A stretch of DNA of 56,183 nucleotides, taken from Candidatus Heimdallarchaeota archaeon. Lineage in GTDB: Archaea > Asgardarchaeota > Heimdallarchaeia > JABLTI01. The stretch is from assembly GCA_019056785.1 (NCBI GenBank), contig DXJV01000061.1, positions 1-56,183 on the forward strand. The letters are read 5' to 3'. Positions 18,998-29,300 of this stretch are shown here, piece after piece (the stretch's first letter is position 1; the number at the start of each line of letters is the position of its first letter). A program made the translations under genes and the position numbers. Below the pieces are notes generated by a model. The model made no database searches, had not been told where the DNA came from, and saw nothing but the letters and a program-made list of their open reading frames with translations.

Positions 18998-20296
18998 CTA
19001 AGTCAATACGAAAGAGACCAGTAAAAGCAATGTAGAAACAACCAGATTAGATAAAGAAGCGATAATAGGGACAGAAAGATTGTCGGGATCCAACCCCTTT
19101 TTAAAAACAAAAATAATTAATGAGAAAATGACGAAAAGAATGAGAAGAAACCCAAAACCATTGATTAAGAGAGCAATGCCAAATACAACGCCAATATGTG
19201 CAAAGTCTCCAGCGAAGACTGAGCCCAAGACACCGTAAATGACATGCAATAATAACCCGGCAACACCAACACCAATGAAATTAGGCCATAAGTCTTTATC
19301 TTTAAATGCATGATAAGTAGGAACAATAGACCCCATTGAAAGATGTGTAGATGTAGTGTTTGCGACCATGCTTACTTCATCTCCCAATGTGTCTATAAGA
19401 GCAGGGTAGATAAGGAACAACCCAGGATAGTTTGTAAGCGCCGATCCGGCTTTGCTTAGTATGCCCCCCGTAAGAGAATTGATTGTTAAAGTAATTGATT
19501 GAATGGGAATGGCTTGTTTTAAAATTGCTCGAAATCTTTTATTCTTTGAGAATTTACTTACTAGAACAATAACAAATGTCAAATAGAGAATCACAGGGAT
19601 TAACCCAAAATATACACCACGAGAAATTCGTATCCACTTGCCCTCTGTTGTAAACCAATTTGCGGGTTTAAAAAGGAAGATCAACAAAGCGTAAAATACT
19701 GTGCTTAGAATATTATTAATTGTCGACATCGTCGGATAGACTAGAATATCAGGATTTAATTTACGTTTAAAAACAAAAAAAGCCAAGAGACTTGTAAGTT
19801 GTGATGAGAGCAAAGAGGCCATTGTTAAACTCAAAATGGGGATGACAATAAATGGGAGGGGATTTAAAACACGGCTCGGGCCCAAAGTAGCAAGGTTAGT
19901 GATGTAGGAGATAAGAGCGATCCAGAGAGAGTTGAAAACACCCAGGGTTAAAACCCCAGCCATTAATGCCCAATAATTCTTAGTATTCTTAAAAAGGGAT
20001 GGTTTTATGGAACCAATATGTAAACTTGTTCCGAGATGGCTTGCCAAAACCCCTATCCCCCCATCTGAAGACAAAAGAGGGGGATAAAGAAGAATGATAA
20101 ACGCACTGGCATTCGAAAATATTGAAGCATATTTTAGGAAGGTATAACTGCCAATACTACCTGCCCCTAGACCAAAAACATCAAAAAGAAGGGCGATAAA
20201 TGCTTGAGCTATAATGAGAAAAATGATGCGTAACATTGTTGGTTTTTTGAACCATTCAATAAGGTGGATTTTTCTCATTTTTCCCATTGTACTCAC
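18998..20296 (-). CDS. mgtE: MgtE/SLC41-type divalent cation transporter with two MgtE membrane repeats
   Basis: About 10 TM segments; LASHLGTSLHIG, KRKLNPD, KKGLDPDN. Confidence 0.82.
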   Translation of the reverse strand: MSTMGKMRKIHLIEWFKKPTMLRIIFLIIAQAFIALLFDVFGLGAGSIGSYTFLKYASIFSNASAFIILLYPPLLSSDGGIGVLASHLGTSLHIGSIKPSLFKNTKNYWALMAGVLTLGVFNSLWIALISYITNLATLGPSRVLNPLPFIVIPILSLTMASLLSSQLTSLLAFFVFKRKLNPDILVYPTMSTINNILSTVFYALLIFLFKPANWFTTEGKWIRISRGVYFGLIPVILYLTFVIVLVSKFSKNKRFRAILKQAIPIQSITLTINSLTGGILSKAGSALTNYPGLFLIYPALIDTLGDEVSMVANTTSTHLSMGSIVPTYHAFKDKDLWPNFIGVGVAGLLLHVIYGVLGSVFAGDFAHIGVVFGIALLINGFGFLLILFVIFSLIIFVFKKGLDPDNLSVPIIASLSNLVVSTLLLLVSFVLT

Positions 20297-20337
20297 GCTG
20301 TTTTTTTACTTTGATTTTTTTAAGGGGCAAATAAACA

Positions 20338-20493
20338 TACAAAAGGCACAGCAAATTTGCATGCCTTTTTGTAATTATGAGTGATAGTAATTCACGTAAA
20401 TAACATAATTGAAAAAGTGTGACTTTGAATCACAAGACACCCTTGCCAGAGGTGGCTCTGACATGCATTAAAAACCAAGCACCTATATTTTAA
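20338..20493 (-). promoter_or_regulatory. Putative structured leader/attenuator of the second mgtE: TATA-like box, 29-codon uORF and four hairpins
   Basis: TTAAAATATA at 20493-20484; ATG 20464 to TAA 20375; stems at 20444-20463, 20418-20434, 20373-20410 and 20338-20373. Confidence 0.45.
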
Positions 20494-20552
20494 TGTTTCA
20501 GAAAAAATGATAAATTCAATTAATAATTAATGTGAATAATTTAAAGAATAAA

Positions 20553-21926
20553 TCAAAAGTTTAGGAACGCGCCCAAGATTGTCACAGCCGTTTCGGTAGA
20601 TGCCCCATGAGATGAAACGCCAGGCAAAATGAGAAAAGAGAAGATAATAATAAAGCCCGCACAAGCAAGATCGGCCAAACAAGCTGTAAGAGGGATAGCA
20701 AAATTATCTGGATCAATTTCTCGTTTGAAGGCGAAAATTGCCAGAACATAAATTAGTGAACCTACAATTACATACGCCAAAATATTTGCAAGTACAGTGA
20801 CAATTATCACGAGTACAACATACCATTTTGTAACAATTGTACCCCACTTGATGAATGTGCCAATGACTGCCAGTAAAATTGTAATGGTTATACCCCCTGC
20901 ACCTATCCCTAAAAACTTCAAGAAAACCGTTGGTTTTCGAATGGATTTTAACTCGGGTTTAACATAACCAGCTGAAAAGTCTGTGATTAGTAAATTAACA
21001 GTGATGGCATTTTGATCCACAACTGTCCCAATGAGCGCAGGAAATGCTACGAGTAATTGAGGATAGGCTTCCAATGCCGCCTCTCCTTTCGATAAAGTAA
21101 AACCGGTAATAGTGCCAATAATACCACTTGCGAAAACCGCAAAGATAGATTCTTTCATCATTTTCCGGTATTCATGCTCTTTTCGATTTTTCATAATAAT
21201 GTAAATGATCCCCCCAAGAGACAGAGCAACGGGGATAATAGCGATATATGTTGCAAGCATATCACCACTTCCGGCCTGTGCAGGTAGCCAATAATCTGCA
21301 TCTGGTGCTCCCACTGTCCAAGGTTTTAGAATTTTTAGAATAACAGCATAAATGATTGTTATGAGAATATTATTCACAGTTGACATTACTGGAACAACAT
21401 AAACATCAGGGTTCAAACCTTTCTTATATGTGAAAAAGGAAACTGCACTAGTAATTTGTGTAGAGAGAGTAGCAGCAATCGCCATAACAAGAATAGGGAT
21501 TACAAAAAACAGCGTAGGATTGAGCACTTTGTATTCTGGGGGGAATGTTAAAATGTTCATGAGGTAAGTGACTGTTCCTACGATAAGAGCATCAAGCATT
21601 GCAATAGTCAATGTTGAAGAGACGAGACTTTTATAGATGGGGGTATTCTTCTTAAACGATGGTTTAACAGTTCCTAAATGAAGACCCGTACCAAGTTTTC
21701 CGGCAAGAACAGCAATATCACCCCTCGCCGCCAGAAGAGGGCCGTACATTAGAACCACCCATTTGATTTGTTTGGTATTCATCATAAAACTCGCGATTGT
21801 CCCTGAGATAATGCCACCAGAATCAAACGAAAGAGCTATTACTGCTTGCAAAAAAATCCCAAAAAAGAGATTTACCGCAGTTTTCTTAGCCACACTTGTC
21901 GAGGATGTTGACATTAATTTCACCAA
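20553..21926 (-). CDS. mgtE: MgtE/SLC41-type divalent cation transporter, paralogue
   Basis: PLLAARGDI, KLGTGLHLG, KKGLNPD, REIDPDNFAIP...LADL. Confidence 0.85.
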   Translation of the reverse strand: MVKLMSTSSTSVAKKTAVNLFFGIFLQAVIALSFDSGGIISGTIASFMMNTKQIKWVVLMYGPLLAARGDIAVLAGKLGTGLHLGTVKPSFKKNTPIYKSLVSSTLTIAMLDALIVGTVTYLMNILTFPPEYKVLNPTLFFVIPILVMAIAATLSTQITSAVSFFTYKKGLNPDVYVVPVMSTVNNILITIIYAVILKILKPWTVGAPDADYWLPAQAGSGDMLATYIAIIPVALSLGGIIYIIMKNRKEHEYRKMMKESIFAVFASGIIGTITGFTLSKGEAALEAYPQLLVAFPALIGTVVDQNAITVNLLITDFSAGYVKPELKSIRKPTVFLKFLGIGAGGITITILLAVIGTFIKWGTIVTKWYVVLVIIVTVLANILAYVIVGSLIYVLAIFAFKREIDPDNFAIPLTACLADLACAGFIIIFSFLILPGVSSHGASTETAVTILGAFLNF

Positions 21927-22017
21927 ATTTCACAAAGGGGGTATTGTACAAAGTGCAATTGCACTTTTTCTCAAAGAATTTGACTTGCTTTCAAAGTCAA
22001 ATGTTCAACGTCTAAGC

Positions 22018-24081
22018 TTACTCTGTTTTTGATACTTTTTCAGCTGCCTCTTCAGCAGCTTTCTTTGCGACTTCTTTCACTTCTTTTTCGATAACCTCCT
22101 TGACTTTTTCTTTCACCACTTCTTTTGCGGCTTTAGTGGCTACCTTCGTTATCTCATTTTCAACAACTTCAGAAGCAACCTCTTCAGCTGCTTTTGCTGC
22201 CACCCGTTTACCGGTTCGTTCTACAACCTTTTCAGCGGCTTTCTCAGCAGCTGAGATTGCAACATCTTTAGAAGCATCTTTCACAATTTTTTCAGGTGAT
22301 TCTACAACATGCACTTCTTTAATTGCTTCTGCAGCAGCCCGTTTTGCAGCGCGTTCAGCATCAACTTTAATAGTTTCTTTTACAATGCTTTCTACTTCTT
22401 TTGCAGCCATTTCTGTTGCAGCTTTCTCTGCCTTCTTGTAAACGGTTGCGGATTTTTCTTCAATTTTCTCTTCCGCAGACTCTTTTGCAGCTTGAACTAC
22501 ATCCTTTTTGGCTTCCGCCAGGCTTTTTTTCGCAGCAGCTTCAACAGCATCTTCGAGGACTTTCTTAACTTCCTTTTTATTTGCTCTTAGTTGTTCTGGT
22601 TCTACAGATTCAATGGTTTCTTTTGCCACCTCCTTGGCCAATTTTTTAACCATCTCTTCGGTGACTTTTTCCGTCACTTCAGAAGCGGCTTTAGTGATGG
22701 TTTTTTGAGTGACTTTTTCGGAAACCCTTTCTATAACCTTTGGTGCGATCTCCACCGCGGCTTTCTTTGAGACTTCTTTTGCAACAGCATCTGTTGCCTC
22801 TTCTACGACCTCGGTTATAACTTTATCAACAACTTGTTCGGCTGCTTTCTTCGTAGCTTCCAATTTCGCCTCTTTTTCTTCTACCGCTTCTTCTTCGCGC
22901 TTTTGAAACGCAGTACATGCATCACGCAAACCCGTGAAAATGATCGTGTCTCCGGCTCGTATTTTCGTTCGTCTTCGAGGTTTGAAATAATGCCCACCTT
23001 TTCGTTTTATTGCTAAGACCCTGATCCCAAATTCATCAAGATAATTACCGGCCGGCACAGTTTTACCAACGAGGGGGGAAGACTCTTCAACGACTTTTTC
23101 GAAGATGCTTTCAGCAGACTCACCGATTACAAGTTCAATTATCGGATGAGAGGGGATTTCTGTTAGAACAATTTTTGCTATTTGATTTGCTGAATCAGAA
23201 ATGTTTTCAGTAGCCTCAATTGTTCTTAACAATCCTTGAAGAGAAGTGATATCCTCTGAGGAGGATTTTGCCAACTTCAAGATGGCGATTTCCGCTTTAT
23301 TCCGAATGGTGTCCACCCGTTTTTCCATATTTGAAACGAGTTGAGCCAACTCTTTATTATTATAAAGAACAGCGCCATAGGCAAGATCGACCATCACTTC
23401 ACTTGTGTCTTTTAGTGCTATAAGATAATCTACGATATTCTCAGTAATTATTTGATGGTCAATGTCTTCATCTTCCTCTTCGGGCGGGGAAATTTCTTCT
23501 ACACTGCCACCAACGAGTAACTTGAGAAGGCTGATACCAGAGCTTGAGCCGCTCGCAAGGATGATGTCACCAGCTTGCAGTGCCATATCCTTCTCAGGGA
23601 TAATTAACCATTTTCCGGAACGGCGTATGGCAAAAATCACGATAGAATAATTCATTTTTTCGACGACTTCTGCAACAGTGTACCCTTTCAAAATGGATTC
23701 TTCGGAGATTTCTCCTCGCATTAAATCACGCGCGACTTTTTGGGACAGCTCTTTTATTGTTGGATGGATTACAAACCCTTTAATGAGAACATTTGCAATG
23801 TCTGTTGCGGAATTGGCAATGTCTTTGCTTGCCTGCCCCAAAACAACTAAAGGCAGGGTTGCTTGAGCGTCACGGCCATCACGAACTGCAACTTCAAGAG
23901 ACATGATTAACAAATAATCGAGATGAACAACAAGATCTCTCAACTCTTTAACTTCTTCTGCTAAGTCTTTATCCTCAAAAATAATGGAGGAATACGCGAG
24001 ATCAACCATTATACTACATAAGTCTTTGATTTGTTTGAGAGCATCTTTTGCAGAAATTGGTTCATAGGTGATTTTTGACAT
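22018..24081 (-). CDS. Duplicated PhoU/TrkA-C (RCK_C) regulatory protein with a ~290-aa A/E/K/V-rich helical tail
   Basis: Two KDxSxxMVDLAY PhoU-like repeats, each followed by a TrkA-C motif (AIRRSG..LQAGD; AIKRKG..IRAGD); usual archaeal neighbour of MgtE-like genes. Confidence 0.82.
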   Translation of the reverse strand: MSKITYEPISAKDALKQIKDLCSIMVDLAYSSIIFEDKDLAEEVKELRDLVVHLDYLLIMSLEVAVRDGRDAQATLPLVVLGQASKDIANSATDIANVLIKGFVIHPTIKELSQKVARDLMRGEISEESILKGYTVAEVVEKMNYSIVIFAIRRSGKWLIIPEKDMALQAGDIILASGSSSGISLLKLLVGGSVEEISPPEEEDEDIDHQIITENIVDYLIALKDTSEVMVDLAYGAVLYNNKELAQLVSNMEKRVDTIRNKAEIAILKLAKSSSEDITSLQGLLRTIEATENISDSANQIAKIVLTEIPSHPIIELVIGESAESIFEKVVEESSPLVGKTVPAGNYLDEFGIRVLAIKRKGGHYFKPRRRTKIRAGDTIIFTGLRDACTAFQKREEEAVEEKEAKLEATKKAAEQVVDKVITEVVEEATDAVAKEVSKKAAVEIAPKVIERVSEKVTQKTITKAASEVTEKVTEEMVKKLAKEVAKETIESVEPEQLRANKKEVKKVLEDAVEAAAKKSLAEAKKDVVQAAKESAEEKIEEKSATVYKKAEKAATEMAAKEVESIVKETIKVDAERAAKRAAAEAIKEVHVVESPEKIVKDASKDVAISAAEKAAEKVVERTGKRVAAKAAEEVASEVVENEITKVATKAAKEVVKEKVKEVIEKEVKEVAKKAAEEAAEKVSKTE

Positions 24082-24249
24082 GAGTGTTCAACAACAAGCA
24101 AATTTTATACTTTTGACAAATGAAGCACTACTATTATTATCTTTCCTTTCTTTCCATTTTTGACGAAAAGAAGGTGGGCAAACTTCTACTTCTCGTCACC
24201 TTGCTAATTACAGAAAGAAGAAGGAAAAATTTTCAAAAAAAAACAACAA

Positions 24250-25077
24250 TTAGAGAAGGAAAGGAATAATAGCCTTGCGGTTTTCCGGGTAGTCTTCAAA
24301 TGTTTTTTTATACCATTTATGATGTGAAATCGCTCTTGGGAGCAGATTTGCAACAGTCCAAATAGCGAAATACATGCCAGCAATTGACCACGTTAAAAAT
24401 GCCCAGCCAACCCATTCGAGAATTTCTCCAAGATAATTTGGGCATGATAAGAGACGATATAATCCTCCTGTGGGAATTTTGTAAGTATTTTCCTCTCCAG
24501 GCTTCCTTAAATTCCGTAAAATGTAGTCCGATTGTTTATTGATGAAATAACCGACTGCAAAAATGATCGTCCCGATAATGAATTGAGGGGTATATAACCA
24601 AGCAATAGTAGTATAATCCGCATTCGAAAAATTAAAGAGCAAATCATCGGCATAAATGGCATCAGAAAGTGTGAAAAGCCAGCGCCCTTGAATATAAACA
24701 TTAACCAGATTAAAGAAGAAACCCATTGCAACAATAGTTAAAGTGATTTTCTTTCCATTTTTAATTCTGAACGGATAAATAAAGACCCTGTGGGCATAGT
24801 GAATGAACCAGATCATAAGAAAAGCGTAATGAGTAATGCTTGTCTTTTTATCACTGAGACCAAAACAGAGAAGCATGATGACTATTGTAGGGAGCTCCAT
24901 GATAAACCACCCCAGATGAGTGTTCATTTTTGGCCCCCAATGCCCATCCATATGTCGTCCATAGCCAGCTTTCACAAAGAAGAGCATAATGAAAACCATA
25001 ACGCCAATTCCCATGGAAACTAAAAGAATAATACTATAAATTAATGGTTCGTTTGGATACCAAAGACCGATACTCAT
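24250..25077 (-). CDS. 3-oxo-5-alpha-steroid 4-dehydrogenase (SRD5A/DET2 family) membrane reductase
   Basis: YGRH, WFIMELP, HYAHR, SDYILRNLR, YKIPTGGL, SCPNYLGEILEW, NLLPRA..HHKWY; start uncertain (25077-25140). Confidence 0.88.
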   Translation of the reverse strand: MSIGLWYPNEPLIYSIILLVSMGIGVMVFIMLFFVKAGYGRHMDGHWGPKMNTHLGWFIMELPTIVIMLLCFGLSDKKTSITHYAFLMIWFIHYAHRVFIYPFRIKNGKKITLTIVAMGFFFNLVNVYIQGRWLFTLSDAIYADDLLFNFSNADYTTIAWLYTPQFIIGTIIFAVGYFINKQSDYILRNLRKPGEENTYKIPTGGLYRLLSCPNYLGEILEWVGWAFLTWSIAGMYFAIWTVANLLPRAISHHKWYKKTFEDYPENRKAIIPFLL

Positions 25078-25258
25078 AGCTGACTTCATCCTATGAAGAA
25101 GATAGATGGATGAGCAAGTAAATGTTCGTAAAAAGAACATTATTGCTCACTTGACTATCTCTGTTTCGGTATTATTGTCGCATGCTTTTTTTTAAAGGTT
25201 TCTTTTTTAAAAATAAAAGCAGCTGGAGCAATTAAATAGCTGAAAAATAACTAGATAA

Positions 25259-25337
25259 TAGGTCTGTTCTAACCTTAAGTTGCACTGAGTATAGGAAAAA
25301 CCTAACAATGAAGTGTGAAGAGTCAAGAACAGACCTA
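25259..25337. mobile_element. 79-bp MITE-like element or long hairpin with 12-bp perfect terminal inverted repeats
   Basis: TAGGTCTGTTCT (25259-25270) and AGAACAGACCTA (25326-25337); both ends are TA; internal TAGG-AAAAA-CCTA. Confidence 0.4.
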
Positions 25338-26048
25338 CAAACAATTTTCCTTCACTTTTGCAAGACGGGTGTCAATAACCTCTTTCGCATGTTGATTTAT
25401 CTCAAAACCAATATAACGCCTGTTTAATTTCAGACAAGCAGCGGCTGTTGTGCCATTGCCAAGGAACGGATCTAAAACAAGATCACCTTCTTTACTCGAG
25501 TAGAGCAAAATTTTCTCAACAAGCTTATCAGGGAGTTTTGTGGAGTTTTTCTTTTCCCCGGGGAGATATTCTCGTTTTATTTCCCAAACATCCTCCGGGT
25601 AATGCTCTATTTTATTAAAATAGTACTTTTTACTGTTCTTCACGACGAATAATATGTGATAATGGCTGGTGACATATTTTCTTTTTGTAAAGACACCGAA
25701 TTGATATTTCCAAATAATATGATTTATAGTGATGAATCCCACATCATCAATAGCTTGTAAAATTGCTTTAAGATTATTCCAGCCCGAGAAGATATAGGCA
25801 CTCCCTGTCGTTTTTAGAACCGGAAAAATCGCTTGAATCCATGCCTTTGAAAATGCTTCATAATCTCCTGCTGTGACTTCTTGATAACCGGCCACAACCA
25901 ATTCATCTTTCCGGTTGTATTGAGCACCTTTTCCAGTGAACTTAATGCCAAAAGGAGGGTCAGCAATGACTAAATCAATGGATTCCTTTGGAATGCGCTT
26001 TGGGATGTTTTCAATACAATCTTCATAATATATCACATTTGTTTTCAT
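25335..26048 (-). CDS. Orphan N4/N6 DNA methyltransferase (beta class)
   Basis: Catalytic DPPF precedes SAM-binding DPFLGNGTT; no endonuclease nearby. Confidence 0.9.
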   Translation of the reverse strand: MKTNVIYYEDCIENIPKRIPKESIDLVIADPPFGIKFTGKGAQYNRKDELVVAGYQEVTAGDYEAFSKAWIQAIFPVLKTTGSAYIFSGWNNLKAILQAIDDVGFITINHIIWKYQFGVFTKRKYVTSHYHILFVVKNSKKYYFNKIEHYPEDVWEIKREYLPGEKKNSTKLPDKLVEKILLYSSKEGDLVLDPFLGNGTTAAACLKLNRRYIGFEINQHAKEVIDTRLAKVKENCL

Positions 26049-26327
26049 ACTTGATTGTCACCATCTTCCCTTTAAAAAGAAATTCTTTAGCCGGACTGAT
26101 AATACTTTCGGTTGTCTCTCCACAGAGGGCTCTTTTTTTTGGAAGAAAAAAGGAGAAACTTACCGAGGAAAGAATGCTGGAAAGTCAAAGTAAAGAGAAA
26201 GCTAATTTAAACGTGGAAAAAAAGGCAGAATTAGAAGAATTCGAATGTTTGTAACGAGCAACTCACACATTTCTTTCCTGTGAAATAAAAAGATGTTGAA
26301 AAAACACTGTTTGAGGAAAAAATAATT

Positions 26328-29300
26328 TTGACATTGAACGAGATTCACGATAAAATAATTGTCAAAGGTGCACGACAACACAATTTAAAAAATATTGATT
26401 TAGAGATACCTCGAGAGAAATTAGTGGTTTTAACAGGGGTGTCAGGCTCCGGAAAGTCATCCTTGGCTTTTGATACGCTTTTTGCAGAAGGACAGCGTCG
26501 CTATATTGAATCGCTTTCTTCTTACGCACGCCAATTTATGGCTCAAATGAGTAAACCAGATGTGGATGCCATTGAGGGGTTGTCCCCAACAATTTCGATA
26601 AGCCAAAAAACGACGAGTTTTAATCCTCGGAGCACCGTTGGAACAGTAACAGAGATTTACGATTTTTTACGAGTGCTTTTTGCCCGCATTGGTGTGCCTT
26701 ATTGTCCTAAATGTCACATTGAGATTAAAGCTCAAACAACCCCTAAAATTGTAGAGCAAATTTTCAGCAACTTTCGGGATGAAGAGATAATCATTTTAGC
26801 TCCAATAGTACGAGATAGAAAAGGGGAATATCAGAAAGAACTCCAAGGACTGCTTGCAAGTGGTTACACTCGAGTCAGAATTGATTACGAGTTAAAACGA
26901 CTTGATGAGATGCCCGAAGAAGAGATGAAACTCTCGAGATATTATCGTCACACTATAGAAGCCGTCATTTCAAGAGTGCGGGTGACCGGTGAGGCAGAAG
27001 AGAGAATTACGGAAAGTGTTCAAGAAGCACTTGATCTTGCAAATGGCATGGTAATTATCACAACACAGGAAGATTTGGAAAAAAAGAAACGGCTTTCCCG
27101 CAAAAGTTCTACTACATCAAAAAGAAAAAAAATTGATGAACAAGAAGAACTAGAAAGCCATGAACGTTTATTTTCCATTCATTTTGCTTGCCCGAAATGT
27201 GGTTTCAGCTTTCCGAAACTTGAACCACGCAATTTTTCATTTAATTCTATTCATGGCGCTTGTCCTGCTTGTAAAGGACTGGGAACTTTGGTAGAAATTG
27301 ACCCCACTCTACTGGTTCCTAACAAAGAACTTTCAATTAGTGAAGGCGCCTTTGCAGATTTCGACCTGAAAACGAAACGATTCCGTGTGCTAAATTATCG
27401 CTTGAATAGAATAAAGGCCATCGTTGAAAAACTCGGGTTTACAATCGAAACGCCATTAAAAGACCTCACGCCCGAACAATGGAATGCTTTCTTCTATGGA
27501 CCAAAAAAGACTATCTATGTTAATTACGACTTTTCTTGGGAAGATAAAAGAGGAGGGAAAGGGAAGGGGCGAGCCAGGTTGCCCTTTAGAGGGATAAATG
27601 ACATTATTATGAGCCGTTTTAAACGCACAAGTTCACAATACATCCGGAATCTAATCTTAGAATATACAACGCCTGTTATTTGTAAAGAATGCAATGGCTC
27701 AGGCTTGCGGGAGGAAAGCCGCGCGGTTTATTTTAAGGGGAGGACAATTGCCGACATTGCTTCCATGTCAATTGAAGAATGTCTAGACTTTTTCAATTCA
27801 ATTGAAATGACAAAAACAGAGCAGCAAATTGCAGAAGGATTACTAAAAGAAATTAAGATGCGGTTGCAATTTCTAATTAACGTGGGGTTACCATATCTTT
27901 CCTTGGATAGAAGAGCAAACACATTATCGGGCGGGGAAAGCCAACGAATCCGTTTAGGAACACAAATCGGGTCAAGCCTCGAGAACGTCTTGTATATCCT
28001 AGATGAGCCCTCCATTGGATTACATAACCGAGATAATTTAAAACTGATTCATACACTTGAAAAACTCAGGGATAAAGGGAATACAGTACTCATCTCTGAA
28101 CATGATATTGATACAATGCTTGCGGCCGATTGGTTAATAGATATTGGACCATTTGCCGGCGCAAAGGGTGGTAAAATAATTAGTACAGGGCCACCAAATG
28201 AAGTGGCAAGAAATAAGCAATCAATTACAGGGCAGTTTCTCGCAGGAAAAAGAGAAATAAAAATCCCGAAGAACAGAAGAAAAGGGAATGGTAAATACTT
28301 GCAAATTGTCGGCGCTGCTCAAAACAACTTAAAAGAAATTGATGTCACCTTTCCCTTGGGAGTTTTCATTTGCGTGACAGGGGTCAGCGGTTCAGGAAAA
28401 AGTTCACTGGTAACTGACATTCTTTGGAAAGCGTTAGCAAGACAGCTAAATAGAGCAAAGACAAAACCGGGGAAACACGAGAAAATTCTCGGAACCGAAT
28501 TACTTGACAAAGTGATTGAGATTGATCAATCACCAATTGGTTATACACCTCGCTCTGTTCCAGCAACCTATACAAAGGTTCTCGACCACATCAGAGACTT
28601 CTACACCTCTTTACCTATTTCAAAAGCAAGAGGATTTAAAAAAGGACGATTCTCCTTCAATACAAAGGAAGGGCGCTGCACAGCATGTAATGGATTGGGC
28701 TATAATAAAATTGAAATGCAATTTCTTCCAAACCTCGAAGTTGAATGTGAAGTTTGCCGCGGAAAAAGATTTAGCGCTGAAACGCTGGAAGTTAAATATC
28801 GCAATAAGAACATCGCACAGATCTTAGATATGAGTGTTAATGAAGCACTTGCGTTTTTTAAGGACCACCCCAAAATTACCAAAATTTTACAAACAATGCA
28901 AGATGTAGGGCTGGGATATATAAAATTAGGACAGTCATCAACAACACTTAGTGGGGGAGAAGCGCAAAGAATTAAAATATCGAGAGAACTAAGCAAAAAG
29001 GCGACAGGAAAAACATTATACTTACTCGAGGAACCAACTGTCGGCTTACACTCTTATGATGTTAGTAAATTGCTCGAAATTCTAAACCGGCTTGTAGAGG
29101 CTGGAAATACAGTTGTAGTCGTTGAACATAATCTTGATGTCATAAAATGTGCCGATTGGATAATCGATTTGGGGCCGGAAGGAGGAGAAAAAGGGGGGAG
29201 AATTGTTGCAACAGGAACACCAGAAGAGATCGCAAAGTACGAACAATCGTACACTGGACAAGCTTTAAAGAAAGTCTTATTTGAAAGGCAAATTGCCCCT

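Noticed and set aside
20418-20434. TGTGA-N7-TCACA as a CRP site
   Set aside because: The CRP consensus needs N6 and the host is archaeal; treated as part of the leader structure
22100-23016. Plus-strand Ser/Ala/Phe-rich ORFs
   Set aside because: Antisense shadows of the low-complexity A/E/K/V tail
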